From the NCBI GenBank assembly GCA_951406725.2, contig OX597828.1:35960001-36024000 (forward strand): a stretch of DNA of 64,000 nt, in the 5' to 3' direction. The stretch is from Octopus vulgaris (taxonomy: Eukaryota). The position numbers and the translations under genes are program-made. This document shows positions 13,928 to 27,030 of the stretch, one piece after another. Every line of letters begins with the position of its first letter. The stretch's first letter is position 1. The notes under the pieces were generated by a model, which was not told the origin of the DNA, made no database searches, and saw only the letters and a program-made list of their open reading frames with translations.

Positions 13928-14467
13928 CATCATCATCATCATCATCATCGTTTAACGTCCGTTTTCCATGCTAGCATGGGTTGGATGGTTCAACTGGGGT
14001 CTGGGAAACCAGGAGGCTGCGCCAGGCTCCAGTCTGATCTGGCAGTGTTTCTACATCTGGATGCCCTTCCTAACGCCAACCACTCTGTGAGTGTAGTAGG
14101 TGCTTTTTACGTGCTACCGGCACAGGTGCCAGAGGAGGCTGGAAAATGGCCATGATCAGTTGGTGCTTTTTATGTGTCACCAACACAGATGCCAGTCAAG
14201 GCAGCGCTGGCATCAGCCACGTTTGGATGGTGTTTTTTACGTGCCACCGGCACAGGTATCACAACTACAATTTCCATTTGATTTTTATTTTGATGTACTT
14301 GACTCAATAGGTCTCCTCAAGCACAGCAGGTCACCCTACGATTCAAGGTTAGCACAGCAGGCCATCCTGCGAGCCATGAACTCACTTCATTTGTCAGGTC
14401 TTCGCAGTCACAGCATATCTCCAGAGGTCTCGGTCTTTCGTCATTGCCTCTGTGAGGCTCAACGTGC
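13928..14467 (-). mobile_element. 3' fragment of an RTE LINE (ORF2 end, repeat 3'UTR, GAT tail)
   Basis: Reverse complement encodes TLSLTEAMTKDRDLWRYAV; tail cccatgctagcatggaaaacggacgttaaac(gat)n. Confidence 0.85.
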
Positions 14468-14584
14468 CACCGGCACGGGTAACATGGGCAATAACCCCAC
14501 CGAAGGACAATTATTACCCCTGAGGACAACAGACAATGATTTAAAATTTCTTAATATATTGGAGAGGGGGTTTGTGATTCCTTT

Positions 14585-14762
14585 GATGTGTCTGGACCAG
14601 TGGAACTTGTGCTTTTGGTACTCTGCAATCACATCATTCACTCCACTCTGTCCTTCAATTACTTCATTTCAAATGTGCTCTCTCAGTGATGCTCCTAGCA
14701 TGGATCTTTCCATGGCCTTTTGCATTGTGGCCAATGTTCTATCCTCTTCATAGTAGCCCACA
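14585..14762 (-). pseudogene. Fragment of a second RTE-type LINE ORF2 (C-terminal region)
   Basis: Reverse complement reads ATMQKAMERSMLGASLREHI*NEVIEGQSGVNDVIAEYQKHKFHWSRHI, resembling the RTE QRAMERxMLG...KWRWAGH motif. Confidence 0.72.
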
Positions 14763-14849
14763 TCTTGAATATTATGATAAAAGTATTACTGGAAAAAAAT
14801 GATTGCATGAAAATCATTGTTTTTTTTGGGGTTTTTTTGACAAATAATA

Positions 14850-15256
14850 GGCGCAGGAGTGGCTGTGTGGTAAGTAGCTTGCTTACCAACCACATGGTTC
14901 CGGGTTCAGTCCCACTCCGTGGCACCTTGAGCAAGTGTCTTCTTCTTTAGCCTCGGGCCGACCAAAGCCTTGTCAGTGGATTTGGTAGACGGAAACTGAA
15001 AGAAGCCCGTCGTATATATGTATATATATATATGTGTGTGTGTGAGTTTGTGTGCCTGTGTTTGTCCCTCCAACATCGCTTGACAACCGATGGTGGTGTG
15101 TTTACGTCCCCGTAACTTAGCGGTTTGGCAAAAGCGACCGATAGAATAAGTACTAGGATTACAAAGAATAAGTCCTGGGGTCGATTTGCTCGACTAAAGG
15201 TGGTGCTCCAGCATGGCCGCAGTCAACTGACTGAAACAAGTAAAAGAGTAAAAGAA
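14850..15256 (+). mobile_element. SINE family B, near-intact
   Basis: tRNA-like head, CORE-like ccttgagcaagt, central (TA/TG)n, tail ctgaaacaagtaaaagagtaaaaga. Confidence 0.9.
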
Positions 15257-15729
15257 TATTGTCATACTTTTTTATAAATATAGTTTGCAGATATGGCTGT
15301 ATGGTTAAGAAGTGTTTTTTAACCACATGATTCCAGGTTCATTTCCTCTGTATGGAAGCTTGAGCAAGTGTCTTCTTCAATAGTCCCAGGCCAAGCATTG
15401 CTTGGTGGATAGACTTGGTAGGCAGAAACTTAAAGCCCATTGCATATACATGTGTGAGGTGGGGAAGGGGGTTGTTTCCCTATCTTGACATCATGTGACA
15501 GTCGTAAATAAGCATCACCATCATACAAGCAATGTTGTTTGTTTGCAGTCTTCTAAGAAATCATATCTAGTCGTGGGGAAATATTAGCTTGCTTGGAAGC
15601 AGGCAAGAATTGGTGACAAGAAAGGCATCCAGCCATAGAAAATCTGCCTCAACATATTCTGTCTCATCTATGCGAGTATGCAACAATAGCTATTAAAATG
15701 ATGATAGCAAGGAAGATGAGTAACATCAG

Positions 15730-16090
15730 CAAAAACAATTGCAGTGTGGAAGATGCTTATAAGCCATTTAAAACAACACACAAAAACCATTAGATTCACT
15801 TCAACATTTACATTTAATTTGTGTCACAATATTTTTGTCGCTTTGAAACTGCAACCTGTTCCATGACAAAACCTCAATGCAGCACAAAGTTTTGTCAGTG
15901 GACAGGTCGTGGTTTCAAACAGACAAAAATATTTTGACGACACAAATTAAATTTAAATGTTGAAGTGAAGCTAACGGTTTTTGAACGTTCTTAAATGGCT
16001 TACAAATATTGTCCATGCTGCAATTGTTTTTGTTTCAGCACAAGATCTTAGATCAAGTCACTTGCTATGCAAGTACACCTCTGTAATACG
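15730..16090. mobile_element. Fold-back element with ~140-bp arms and a hammerhead-shaped motif with variant core
   Basis: Arms at 15730-15872 / 15889-16032; gtca-gtggaca-ggtcgt..acagac-aaaa-atat-tt-tgac. Confidence 0.7.
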
Positions 16091-17329
16091 TAACATTATT
16101 TTTAATTAAATTTTTCTTCCCTTTATTAAACTACTCAGAAAACAAATAAAAAATGTTATAAGTAAAAAAAGAAAGGTATTATTTTTAACAGCACAAATAT
16201 CTATCTGTTTATATACCACTATGGCCTATCTTCTATTTTCAGCAAGCAGCATGTGCTATCACATTTACAATCAATGAGTTTCAGAATTTTGGCTAAGATC
16301 AAAGCATAATATTTTACTTTTAAATACAAAGTACAAAGTCTTCACATGAGAAATTTATCAATGGTTCCAGCCAACATTTAAATGAATGTCCCATTCTCTA
16401 TACTCATCATCATCATCATCATCAGCATCATCATCACCATCATCATCATCAACATTTGATGTCTATTTTCCATGCTGGCATGGGTTGGATGGTTTGAAAG
16501 GAGCTGGTAGGGCCAGGAGCTGTACAAGGCTTTGACATGGTTTCTACAGCCGAATGTCCTTCTTAATGCCAACCACTTTACAGAGTGTACTGGGTGCTTT
16601 CTGACGTGGCACCATCACCGGTGCTTTTTATGTGGCACCAGCACCAGCAGGGTCACTTTGCATGACAAAAGTAAATTAATAATTAATAAAACTGTAATTT
16701 CCATTGATATCAATTCTACATAAGTATTATAACAAGCATAGGTGAAAAGGTTCAAATTGTAGTAAATATAGCAATTAAACTTACCTTTGTATTTACTTTT
16801 TTTTGCAGTTGGTGTTTTAAGTTCAAACTCCACCAAAGGCAACTTTACAATTCATTTCTCTGAAATGGAAGAAGTTAATTGGTGAAATAAGTACCAGTCA
16901 TGTACTGGGGTCAAGTCAATCAATTACCTTACCCATTGCCTTACAAATCTGTCATCTCGCACTTAAATCTAAATGGTTATATTTGTAGACTGTTGTTTAA
17001 CCTCAAGTCAGCCCTGACTGAGTAGACCTATGATCAAAGATGTTCCAGCCTTAAACATGTTGACCATGTTGTTGTTAACCCCAGATTAGTCCTGGTTGAC
17101 CAGACCATACTGTTACTGCTACTGTTCGCAATGGCACTAAAGTGACCACTCCAAAGTGCAAACTGCTTAGGCTTGATGTCTGGAGACCTTAGGTTGTGCA
17201 AATGCCAGAATCTGTGCTTTCAGCCTGACCAGTGTAGTACAAAGGCATGCAGACAAGTGTGTTTGGTACCAGTTTAGCCACATCAGTTGCCAGAGAAGTG
17301 CCAAATTTGAACACCAGCTGCACTAGCCT

Positions 17330-17640
17330 GGCTCTCCATCAATTATGACAACAAGGGTTCAATTAATGAGCCTGCTCCTCACGAAATTAACATGCAAGTA
17401 GCTGAGAACTCCACAGACATGTATACCCTTAATATAGTTCTCAGAGAGACTCAGCATGACATAGAGCGTGACAAGGCTGGCCCTTGATATTACAAGTACT
17501 ACTCATTTTTGCCAGCTGACTGGACTGGAGCAACAAGAAATAAAGTATCTTACTTAAGGACACGACACGCTACCAGGAATTGAACTCATGAAATTTCAGT
17601 CATAAATCAAATACCCTAACCACTAAGCTATGCACCTTCT
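17330..17640 (-). mobile_element. SINE family D-type copy
   Basis: Reverse complement of tRNA head plus body shared with 53125-53280. Confidence 0.7.
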
Positions 17641-17750
17641 CCCACAAGATAACAAGCATTAGGCTTGAACTTGGAGCCACATGGCTGTGAAGCTATTGTC
17701 TCTACCACACAGCCATACCAGAACTTGCAAGCTGAACTACTAAGAATATT

Positions 17751-17963
17751 CTTTTCTACTCTAGGCACAAGTCCCGAAACTTTTGGGGAGGAGTCCAGTC
17801 GATTAGATCAGCCCTAGTACGCAACAGGTACTTAATTTATCGACCCTGAAAGGATGAAAGGCAAAGTCGACCTCAGCGGAATTTGAACTCAGAAAGTAAA
17901 GACAGGTGAAATACTGCTAAGCATTTCGCCCAGTGTGCTAACGTTTCTGCCAGCTTGCCACCT
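17751..17963 (-). mobile_element. SINE family A with ~18-bp TSD
   Basis: tgaactactaagaatatt (17733-17750) / tgaactactaagattatt (17964-17981). Confidence 0.9.
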
Positions 17964-18204
17964 TGAACTACTAAGATTATTGAAGGTAACTTTTTTTGTA
18001 AGGTGTGCCTCTCAGAAAGTCTAACAGGCTCCAGTTTGTCCATGATTGTTCTAAGACATCACTCAACTTGTTAGAAATAGCAGCCAAATCTGACTCAAAT
18101 TACTCAAATTACACAGTGATGTCTTAAAAAGACAGGATGGCCATAGCTAGAATGCTTTTGATCACAGGTCTGCTGGACCTGAGTTGACTTCAGGTGTTAA
18201 ACCT

Positions 18205-18438
18205 GTATCAGGACAATTACCCTCACCTCAGACCATTTCTTTCCCCACCATAGGACAATTACCCCCCACACACACACTCACACAACAACAACTATCTCCT
18301 AGGTCAATTACCCCTTTTGGTTAATTACCCCCTCTCCAATATATTAAGAAGTTTTAAATCATCTGTTGTCCTCAGGGGTAATTGTCTTTAGGGGGGGGGA
18401 GGATTATTGTCTGGGGTGGGGCTAAATGTCCTAGACTC
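18205..18438. mobile_element. MITE-like element with reiterated ggacaattaccc motifs
   Basis: Direct copies on the left, inverted ggggtaattgtc on the right; related fragment at 14480-14575. Confidence 0.55.
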
Positions 18439-18489
18439 GTTAAACCAACATTCAGCCAAAGTCGTCTTCACCTTTCTTCCTTTCTTGGT

Positions 18490-18922
18490 CAAAAGAATAA
18501 GTTACGGTGTCTTCCTAATACATTATTTACATTATTTACATTTGATGGACATTTATTTCTTTATTGCCCACAGGGGGCTAAACATAGAGGGGATAAACAA
18601 GGACAGACAAAGGGATTAAGTCGATTACATCAACCCCAGTGCATAACTGGTACTTAATCGAGCCCAAAAGGATGAATGGCAAAGTCGACCTCGGTGGAGT
18701 TTGAACTCAGAACGTAACGGCAGACAAAATACCACTAAGCATTTTGCCTGGTGTGCTAACATGTCTGCTAGTTCACTGCCCTTATATCCATTTGATGGAT
18801 ATTTGTCCTCATCTTGTTTGTTGTTAAGGTTTCAGCTGATATACCCTCCAACCGTCATCAGGTGTCTTGGGGGAAATGTCGAACCTGGGTTCTCATTCCT
18901 AAGGTATTTTTTGATGTTGTTG

Positions 18923-18976
<54 letters not shown>

Positions 18977-19185
18977 TCACTGCCTGGAATCGAGCTCAGA
19001 ATCTTGGGGTTAGTAGCCTGTGCTCTTAACCACTACGCCATATGCCTGTGAGCATATGAAGAAGGCTGGAGGGTATACCAGCCAAAACATTGTGTTAACA
19101 ACAAACAATATGAAGACAAATATCTATCAAATGCAAATAATGTAAATAATGTAAATAATGTACATAATTCCTCATCCCTTAAACT
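18490..19185. mobile_element. Inverted pair of Penelope-like fragments with hammerhead motifs; SINE-A inserted at 18555-18783
   Basis: Reverse complement gacac-CTGATGA-cggttgg-agggtata-tcagct-GAAAC at 18829-18866; plus copy tgaaga-aggctgg-agggtata-ccagcc-aaaacatt-gtgtt at 19056-19096; catttgatgga(c/t)attt flanks the SINE. Confidence 0.7.
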
Positions 19186-19384
19186 GTATTATCCTCTTCC
19201 TAATTTTCTGGCCTTGTGCCTAAGTAAGAAATTAAGAGTTAGTTTCGTGACTCATTAATGATAATAACAAAGAATTAATTACCACCTTCCATAAGCTTAA
19301 AATAAAGCCACAATATACTACCTCACACTATACTTTCTCACTACGTCACACCTTTTGAATCAGTATATTTTTAGCGTTCTTGTA

Positions 19385-20232
19385 TTTTCTCTTTTACTTG
19401 TTTCAGGCATTAGACTGTGGCCAAGCTAGAGCACCACCTTGAAGAATTTTTAGCCAAATTGATCGCCCCACAACCACCCCCACCACCAGTACTTATATTT
19501 CGTTAAGCCAAATATTTATTCTATCAGTTTCTTTTTGCCAAACAGCTAAGTCATGGGGATGTAAACAAAAAAAGCACCAGTTGTCAAGCAATAGTGGGGA
19601 CAAACATAGACACAAAGACACACACACACACAGATATATATATATATAGATCACTAGCCACTACACATTCTTTATTTTCTCTCCTTGTTTCTTTCTGTGT
19701 TCCTTTTTGTGGAAGAGCATAGGCTCGAAACGTTAAAGACTTTTTCACTTCCCAAGCATTATACTAATACATCTGTTTGTTGTCTACACCACCTGTCTTT
19801 GTCTTTTGTTTTTTTTGTGAATTCCCCCCTATATATATATATGTATATGCACACACATACAACATATCATCATCATCATCATTTAGCGTCCGCTTTCCAT
19901 GCTAGCATGGGTTGGACGGTTCAACTGGGGTCTGTGAAGCCAGAAGGCTGCATCAGGCCCAGTTTGATCTGGCAGTGTTTCTACGGCTGGATGCCCTTCC
20001 TAACGCCAACCACTCCATGAGTGTAGTGGGTGCTTTTTACGTGCCACCCGCACAGGTGCCAGACAGAGCTGGCAAACGGCCACGGACGGATGGTGCTTTT
20101 ACACACATATACAACAGGATTCTTTCAATTTCCATCTGCCAAATCCACTCACAAGACTTTGGTCAGCTTGAGGCTATAGTAGAAGACATTTGCCCAAGGT
20201 GCCTTGCAGTGGGACTGAACCTGAAACCATGT
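19385..20232 (-). mobile_element. SINE family B containing a Penelope-like fragment (19650-19830) and an RTE-tail fragment (19867-20100)
   Basis: Both SINE halves present; agagc-atag-gctc-GAAA-cg-TT-aaaga at 19714-19739. Confidence 0.72.
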
Positions 20233-20239
20233 GCCTTCC

Positions 20240-20440
20240 TCTTCCACCATTGAGTAGATTACTGGAACTTCATCTACCATGACTAGACTTGGGGTGAATA
20301 CTGGAGTGGTTTCCCATTGCCTTCTCCAGGCAGGTTTCCCAATGCCTTCTCCAGGGATTTGAACTCTGAATGTAGAGCAGGAAGATATACAATAAAGCAT
20401 CTCTGGTAACAAGCCAATGATTCTGCCACTCTCCCATCCA
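20240..20440 (-). mobile_element. Chimeric SINE: family-A tRNA head joined to a Bov-A/RTE-like segment
   Basis: Reverse complement gtggcagaatcattggc...gagttcaaatcc-ctggagaaggca(a/t)tgggaaacc x2-actccagtattc. Confidence 0.55.
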
Positions 20441-20795
20441 CAGAACAATCATTATCATCATCATCATTATCATCATTTAGTGTCCATCTTCCATGCTGGC
20501 ACGGGTTGGACAGTTTGATAAGGGCTGGCAAGCCAGAAGACTGCGCCAGGCTTCACTGTCTGTTTTGGCAGGGATTTTACGGCTGGATGCCCTTCCTAAC
20601 ACCAACCACCTTACAATGTGAAATGAAATGTTTTGCTCAAGAACACAACACACTAACCAGTCCTGGAATTGAAACCATGGTCTAGCAATTATGAGTGCAA
20701 CACCCTAACCACTGGGCTACATATCTTCCCTAATGGATATGTATTACATATGTAATAATCAGATTATGTATTATGCACTTTATTGTGCGTATGTG

Positions 20796-20850
<55 letters not shown>

Positions 20851-20977
20851 TTTGCCGGACTGTGGGAAAATTATTTTGTTTGAAGCAGGTCTGTGATGCA
20901 AAAAAAAGGTTGGCAACCACAGCTATAAAGAAAAGAGAAGAACAAGAACAAGAACAACAAAAGACAAATATTCAAAT

Positions 20978-21033
<56 letters not shown>

Positions 21034-21193
21034 ATCTGTGAATGATAGACTTGATTAATTAAATGGGACAAATACTTTGTTGTCGAACATTCATATGAGC
21101 AAGGAAGGGTGAATTAGTGTGTGTGCATTCGTAGGTAATACCAGCCAACATAACCACACAACCAATCAGATAGAATAACCAGCTAACCTGCCA

Positions 21194-21230
21194 TGGTAGT
21201 GGTGATGGTGGAGGTGGTGGTGGTGGTGGC

Positions 21231-21286
<56 letters not shown>

Positions 21287-21430
21287 AATGATGGTAGTGG
21301 TAGTTGTGGTGGTGGTGGTGGTGGTTGTGGTGGTGGGGGGGCAGCAATGATGGTAGTGGTAGTTGTGGTGGTGGTGGTGAGGTTTAGTGTAGTGGTGGTA
21401 GTAGTGGTCATGTTTGAGGTAGTTGTTGTC
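21194..21430. repeat. (GGT)n/(GGC)n trinucleotide tract
   Basis: Directly visible; a similar (GGT)n tract lies at 22035-22335. Confidence 0.92.
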
Positions 21431-22526
21431 ACTGTTGCTTAGCACCAAGTCAATTCTGAACAAGCAGACCTATGATGGAACAGTGACCTTCCAACAGTGA
21501 CCATCCTGTCTTTTTATCTACATGCAAAGAACAAAAGGCAACACAATCCAACATACCCATTTAAAAAAAATTAAGATAAAAACGATAGGGTATGCTTCAA
21601 GCTTCAAGGGAGATTCGGCTGCTATTTCTAGCAAATCAAGTGACCTCACATAGCCTCCAGAGAATAAGGGTTGCATCAATATTTCTTGTTGTTGCTGATT
21701 TGTCCAAGATTAGCCCCTTATTCTATTTTTATATTTTTACTAGCTTAGTCACAAGAAACTCAAAGCCCTTGACCCTTTTTAGGATCTCAAAGACTAGCAA
21801 GAGGAAGGAGGGAGGTTAGACACACTGGATCCTGCTAAAGACAGCCAAGGACCATGCTGTAGTTTTAAACTGGACAATGGATTATTTTTACCATTGAGTT
21901 GACCTATGGTCAAAGAGGTTCAAGTTATGGCCATCCCATGGTTTTTATGGCGCAGTGTAACAAGGACTACATTATAGTCCTTAGTCCTGGTTACATTAGA
22001 TTATACGGTGCAATTTTAGAGAGATCTGGCTGTTATGGTGGAGAATGGTGGCAGTGGTGGTGGTGGTGGTGGCAGCAGCGGCGATGGTGATGGTGGTGGA
22101 GAATGGTGACAGTGGTGGTGGCAGTGGTGGCGGTGGTGGTGGTGGTGGTGATGGTGGTGGAGAATGGTGACAATGGTGGTGGCAGTAGTGGTGGTTATGT
22201 CAGTGGTGATTGTGATGGTGGTGGTGGTGGTGGTGGTGGTGGTAGTGGTGGTGGTGGTGGTGGTGGTGGTTGTCATCGTCATCGTCGTCATCTTGGCAGC
22301 AAAGGTTGTGTAGTGGTTGTTTTTGTTGTTGTTGCTTAGCACCTGGTCAGGCGTATAACCAAAGAGATTCCAGTCATGACCATCCCATTCGTTTGTATAT
22401 CAGCAACTACATGATGTAATATCTTCCACATTCTCCTGAAGGTATTTGAGAAATTTCACTGTTATTTTTAGCATGCCAAGCAACCATATAAAAGATACCT
22501 TTCTGGTTTGCTAGGATAGTCTTTAC

Positions 22527-22579
<53 letters not shown>

Positions 22580-23464
22580 ATGTATGTATGTATGTATGTA
22601 TGTATGTATGTATGTATGTATGTATATATAGTGATGGTGGCGTCATCATTGACACCAACAGTCGCAATCATGATTGAAGTTGTAAATGTAGAATCGTAAC
22701 TACTGTGGTAGTGGTGGTGGTGGTGGTGGTGGTGGTGGTGGTGGTTCTGATGGCGGTGATAGTAAAGGTAATTGATGGGAGAGGAAGAGTAGTGTGGGAG
22801 GTAACACTGATTTAGACATAGCCCGTGTTTACTCATGCGTACAGCTTTTCAAAAATAACTTTTTGAAATAAGTAAATAAAAACAAATAACACACACACAC
22901 ACATATATATATATATACATATATATAAACACACACACACACACATATATGCACACACAAACACATACATGTATGCACACCCACAAATACATATATATAC
23001 ATATATATACACAGACACACATATATATACATATATTGACAGCAAATTCATAGAGTTGTTAAAGGGTCAGATCAATTGCTTTGTGGTAATTAACCCAGTT
23101 TCCCACACTCTGAGTTCAAATCCTGCCAAGGTCATCTTTGCCTTTCATCCTTTTAAAGGGGATGTCATTGAAGTACCAGTCATGTACTGGAGTCAATTCC
23201 TCTATTTCTCCACTAAAAGCACCTAAACTGCCCGGTAGCGGTGTTAAACTAGGTGACTAATTATATCTGCCATCCACGAAATAGTGACCAAATCTCACTC
23301 AGTTTTTATAACTGCGGTTTTAAAAAAAATGGGATTGACACATTGCTATGATGTAGTCTTAGATACACAATGTCTGGAGAAACAAAATAACAAGAAATCA
23401 CAGCTGAAACAGTTTAGATCATAAGCTAACTTGATCAGAGCTGACCTGGGGTTAAATGGCCTTC

Positions 23465-23682
23465 TTTATCTTTTATAAGTTTCAGTTATTAGATTCTGGC
23501 CATGCTGGAACACTGCCTTGAAGGGTTCAGTAGAACAAATTGACCCCCATCTGACACTTATTTTATCAATCACCTATGCTGAACTGTTAAGTTATGGAGA
23601 CATAAACAAACCAACACCAGTTGTCAAGCGATGATGGGGTGACAAACACAGACACACATGTACAGATATACATACATCTCTA

Positions 23683-23729
<47 letters not shown>

Positions 23730-23895
23730 GTATATGATGGGCTTCCATGCTATTTCTTTCTATCATATTCACTCACATGATGGAAGCAAGTCTGGAGCTA
23801 CAGAAAAAAAAAACACTTGCTAAAGGTGCTGCACAGTAGGACTGAACCTGGAGTCGCTTTATTGCAAAGCAAGTGTCTTTAACCACACAGCCATT
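23465..23895 (-). mobile_element. Degenerate SINE family B
   Basis: Both halves flank a (TG)n tract. Confidence 0.72.
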
Positions 23896-24381
23896 CTTGC
23901 AACTGTGTCTAAATACTTTAAACACAGAACTTGGTTTCAGTAGATTTTCTTTTTTAAATTTTTTTCTTTCTCATTTTTTTTTTATTTCTTTGTGAAACAT
24001 GAAGAGAAGACATTGCAAGTGAGAGGCGCCAACTGACTCATCTCAACTATCCAAACAATTACAACAACAATAACAAGAAAAACAACAGGTGGAAAAGAAA
24101 AGTCTAGTTCGTTAGAACCTGTTGTAACAAGTTGTGACAACTTTTTTTTTTTTCTTACTTTGGCTTTTTGAAAACATTCTTGAAATAGTTGATGTGTAAA
24201 AAAACAAAAGCCTTGTAAGATGACAGTCCAATGTCTTGTGTAACTATAACAGGTGTAGTTATCAGTCGCTGGTTGGCTGGTTGGCTGGTTGGTTAGTTGG
24301 TTGGTACAGGTGAGACCTGTATAACAGCTGGTGTAGGAGAGAGTACGAACATTGTTGTATCTGTTGTGACTGCAACAGATG

Positions 24382-24799
24382 CATAAGCATGGGAACGAGA
24401 CTTGCTTAGGAGGTGAAAGCCCAGTTTTTTAGGATATTCAAAGGGTTTTCCTTGCCTGTCCCCTGCCACCACCACCACAAAAAAAGTTTTAGTGACTTAC
24501 ACCCAACAAAAATCATTTTTAGTGAGTGTGCTTGCACCCCACAAAAAAATTTTTAGTGAGTGCACTTGCACCCCACAAAAAAGTTTTAGGGAGGGCGCTT
24601 GCACCCCACGCAAAAGTTTTAGTGAGTGCGCTTGCACCCCACAAAAAAAATTTTAGTGAGTATGCTTGCACCCCACAAAAAAGTTTTAGTGAGTGTGCTT
24701 GCACCCCACAAAAAAGTTAGTGAGTGTGCTTGCACCCCACAAAAAAGTTTTAGTGAGTGCGTTTGCACCCCCACTGCACCTCCTGTTCCTGAGCCTATG
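24382..24799. mobile_element. hAT-type MITE with an internal ~32-bp minisatellite
   Basis: Perfect 8-bp TSD aacagatg (24374-24381, 24800-24807); TIR cataagcatgggaac / gttcctgagcctatg; about 9 copies of cttgcaccccacaaaaaagttttagtgagtgtg. Confidence 0.88.
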
Positions 24800-25029
24800 A
24801 ACAGATGTAGCTAACACAAATATTATGTTAGTAATGAGTAAACCTACTGAATTTGATGGCATAAAAGACAAACATATTTGACACACCTCAATTTCAGTGG
24901 CGCTTATCCAGGAAAAGATTTTAAAGCATATAATATAGGCCCAGCGTCTGGTGAAACAGACTGATGTCTGGTGTCATTTTTTTAATTTTTTTGTTTTTAG
25001 TTGTTTTGGGTTTTTTTTTTTTTTGTTTG

Positions 25030-25868
25030 AAAAGCAATGCTCTGCTGGACAGGTAATATCAGTGTTCATGTACAACAGAGTGTAAATGATTTAAGAGAAA
25101 AACTGGGTATAAGAAGCATTAGATGTAAGCGTGCAAGAGAGAAGACTGTGCTGGTATGGTCATGTGATGTGTATGAATGAGGACAGCTGCATAAAGATGT
25201 GCCAATATCTAACTGTAGAGAGAACCTGTAGGCGGAGTAGACCTAGGAAGATGTAGGATGAATTGGTGAGAAATGATCTTCAGAAGCTGTGCTTCACAGC
25301 GGGGATGACAAAGGACCAAGATCTCTAGCAATTTGCTGTGCTTGAGAAGAGACATCATGCTAAAATCGTGCACTCCCTCTCACAGCTAAGGGCTCTTTGT
25401 TTTGCAAGATACTTGGTGACTTCACGGGTACCACATAAAAAGCACCTGCACCAGTACCATGTAAAAAGCACCAGTGCTAGTACCACATAGAAAGCACCTG
25501 TGTTGGTGCCATGCAAAAACACCTGTGCTGGGTCCACATAAAAAGCACCTGTACTGCTACCATGTAAAAGGCACCTGTGCTGGTTCCACATAAAAAGCAC
25601 CTGTACTGCTACCATGTAAAAGGCACCTGTTCTGGTGCCACATAAAAAGCACATGTGTAAGCTCCACATTTAAAGCACCTGTGCTGCTGTCACATAAAAA
25701 GCACCCAGTACACTCTGTAAAAAACTGGTTGGAGTTAGGATATCCAACCATAGAAACCATACCAAAACATACAAATGGAATTTGGTGTAGCTCTCCAGCT
25801 TGCCAGCAACTATCAAATTGTCCAATCCATCCATGCCAGAATGGAAAATAGATGTTAAATGATGATGA
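25030..25868 (+). mobile_element. Old 3' fragment of an RTE LINE with ~23-bp tandem 3'UTR repeats
   Basis: Degenerate QERRLxWYGHV...RPRK coding; repeated cacataaaaagcacctgtgct; tail gatgttaaatgatgatg. Confidence 0.82.
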
Positions 25869-26149
25869 GTATTATACGCACATCAAATACAGTAGTATAT
25901 AATAGCTGTTGTATTTGAGAATAGACGATAGTAACAGGTATGACAATAACAGGTATATAGCTATTAGTCCTGTCAAGTTGGCTACAGGACAGTATTTGGT
26001 GTGACTGAAACAGGTGTAGTACTCAATCCTATCAAGATGGTAACAATGCAGTGCAATATTTGATGTGACTGTAACAGATGTAGCTGTTACAGTCACTACA
26101 AGACTGGACCTTGTGGTGGAAATTTCTTTAGAAAGCATAAATATGGTCA

Positions 26150-27030
26150 GTGAGGGTGCATGGCCTAGTAGTTAAGGTCTTACACTCATGATCTAGTGAT
26201 CGTGATTTCAATTCTTGGACCAGTTGATGCATTGTGTTCTTGAACAAAACACTTCATTTCACTTTTTTTCGCATCCTTTTCAAGCCTAGCCAGGCTCATG
26301 GGCCCAGTTTCCCAGTTTCTGTGGCATATGTGTTCCTCCCAGCTGAGCTGGACAGGACACCAGTCCATCACAACGTTACTCAAGAAACAGGAAGAGAGAG
26401 TGAGAGAAAGTTGGGCGAAAGAGTACAACGGGTCACCACTACCCCCTGCCGGAGCCTCGTGGAGCTTTAGGTGTTTTTGCTCAATAAACACACACAACGC
26501 CCAGTCTGGGAATCGAAACCATGATCCTCTGACCGCGAGTCCACTGACCTAACCACTGGGCCATTGTGCCTCCACTAAGTATGCCTTTTTAAAGCCTAGC
26601 CAGGCTCATGGGCCCGGTTTTTCGTTTTCAATGGCGTATGTGTTCCCCATTGGATGGGACGCCAGTCCATTGCAGTGTTACTCATTTTTGCCAGCTGAGT
26701 GGACTGGAGCAACATGAAATGAAGTGTTTTGCTCAAGAACACAATGCATCACTCAGTCCAGGAATCAAAACCACAATCTTACGATCATGATGCTGACACC
26801 CTAACCACTAAGTCACGCGCCTCCACTTCATTTCACATTGCTCTGCAATTACTTTGACATCTGACACATGGTACACAATACACTTGTTCAAACAACGTGG
26901 ATTTGATGGAGAGAATGAACTAATGTGCAACATGAACATTTGGTCACTATAAAAAAAAATCATTTGTGCAGGTCATTCAGCAAATGCTGAAGGCTCATAC
27001 ATTGTCTTTGACATGAGAGTCCATCATTTA
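26150..27030. mobile_element. Nest of tRNA-headed SINEs (two minus copies at 26268-26575 and 26585-26825 inside a plus copy)
   Basis: cacttcatttcac duplicated at ~26250 and ~26824; tRNA-like A/B boxes. Confidence 0.72.

Noticed and set aside
16785-16859. 75-nt minus-strand exon with strong splice sites (ttccatttcag / aag|gtaagt)
   Set aside because: Overlaps a decayed SINE-A and has stops in all three frames; no supporting evidence
21059-21463. Poly-Ala/Pro/Thr/His transcription-factor-like ORF
   Set aside because: Entirely trinucleotide microsatellite with no flanking domain
24475-24775. CRISPR-like 32-bp repeats
   Set aside because: Units are contiguous without spacers and lie inside a TSD-bounded hAT MITE
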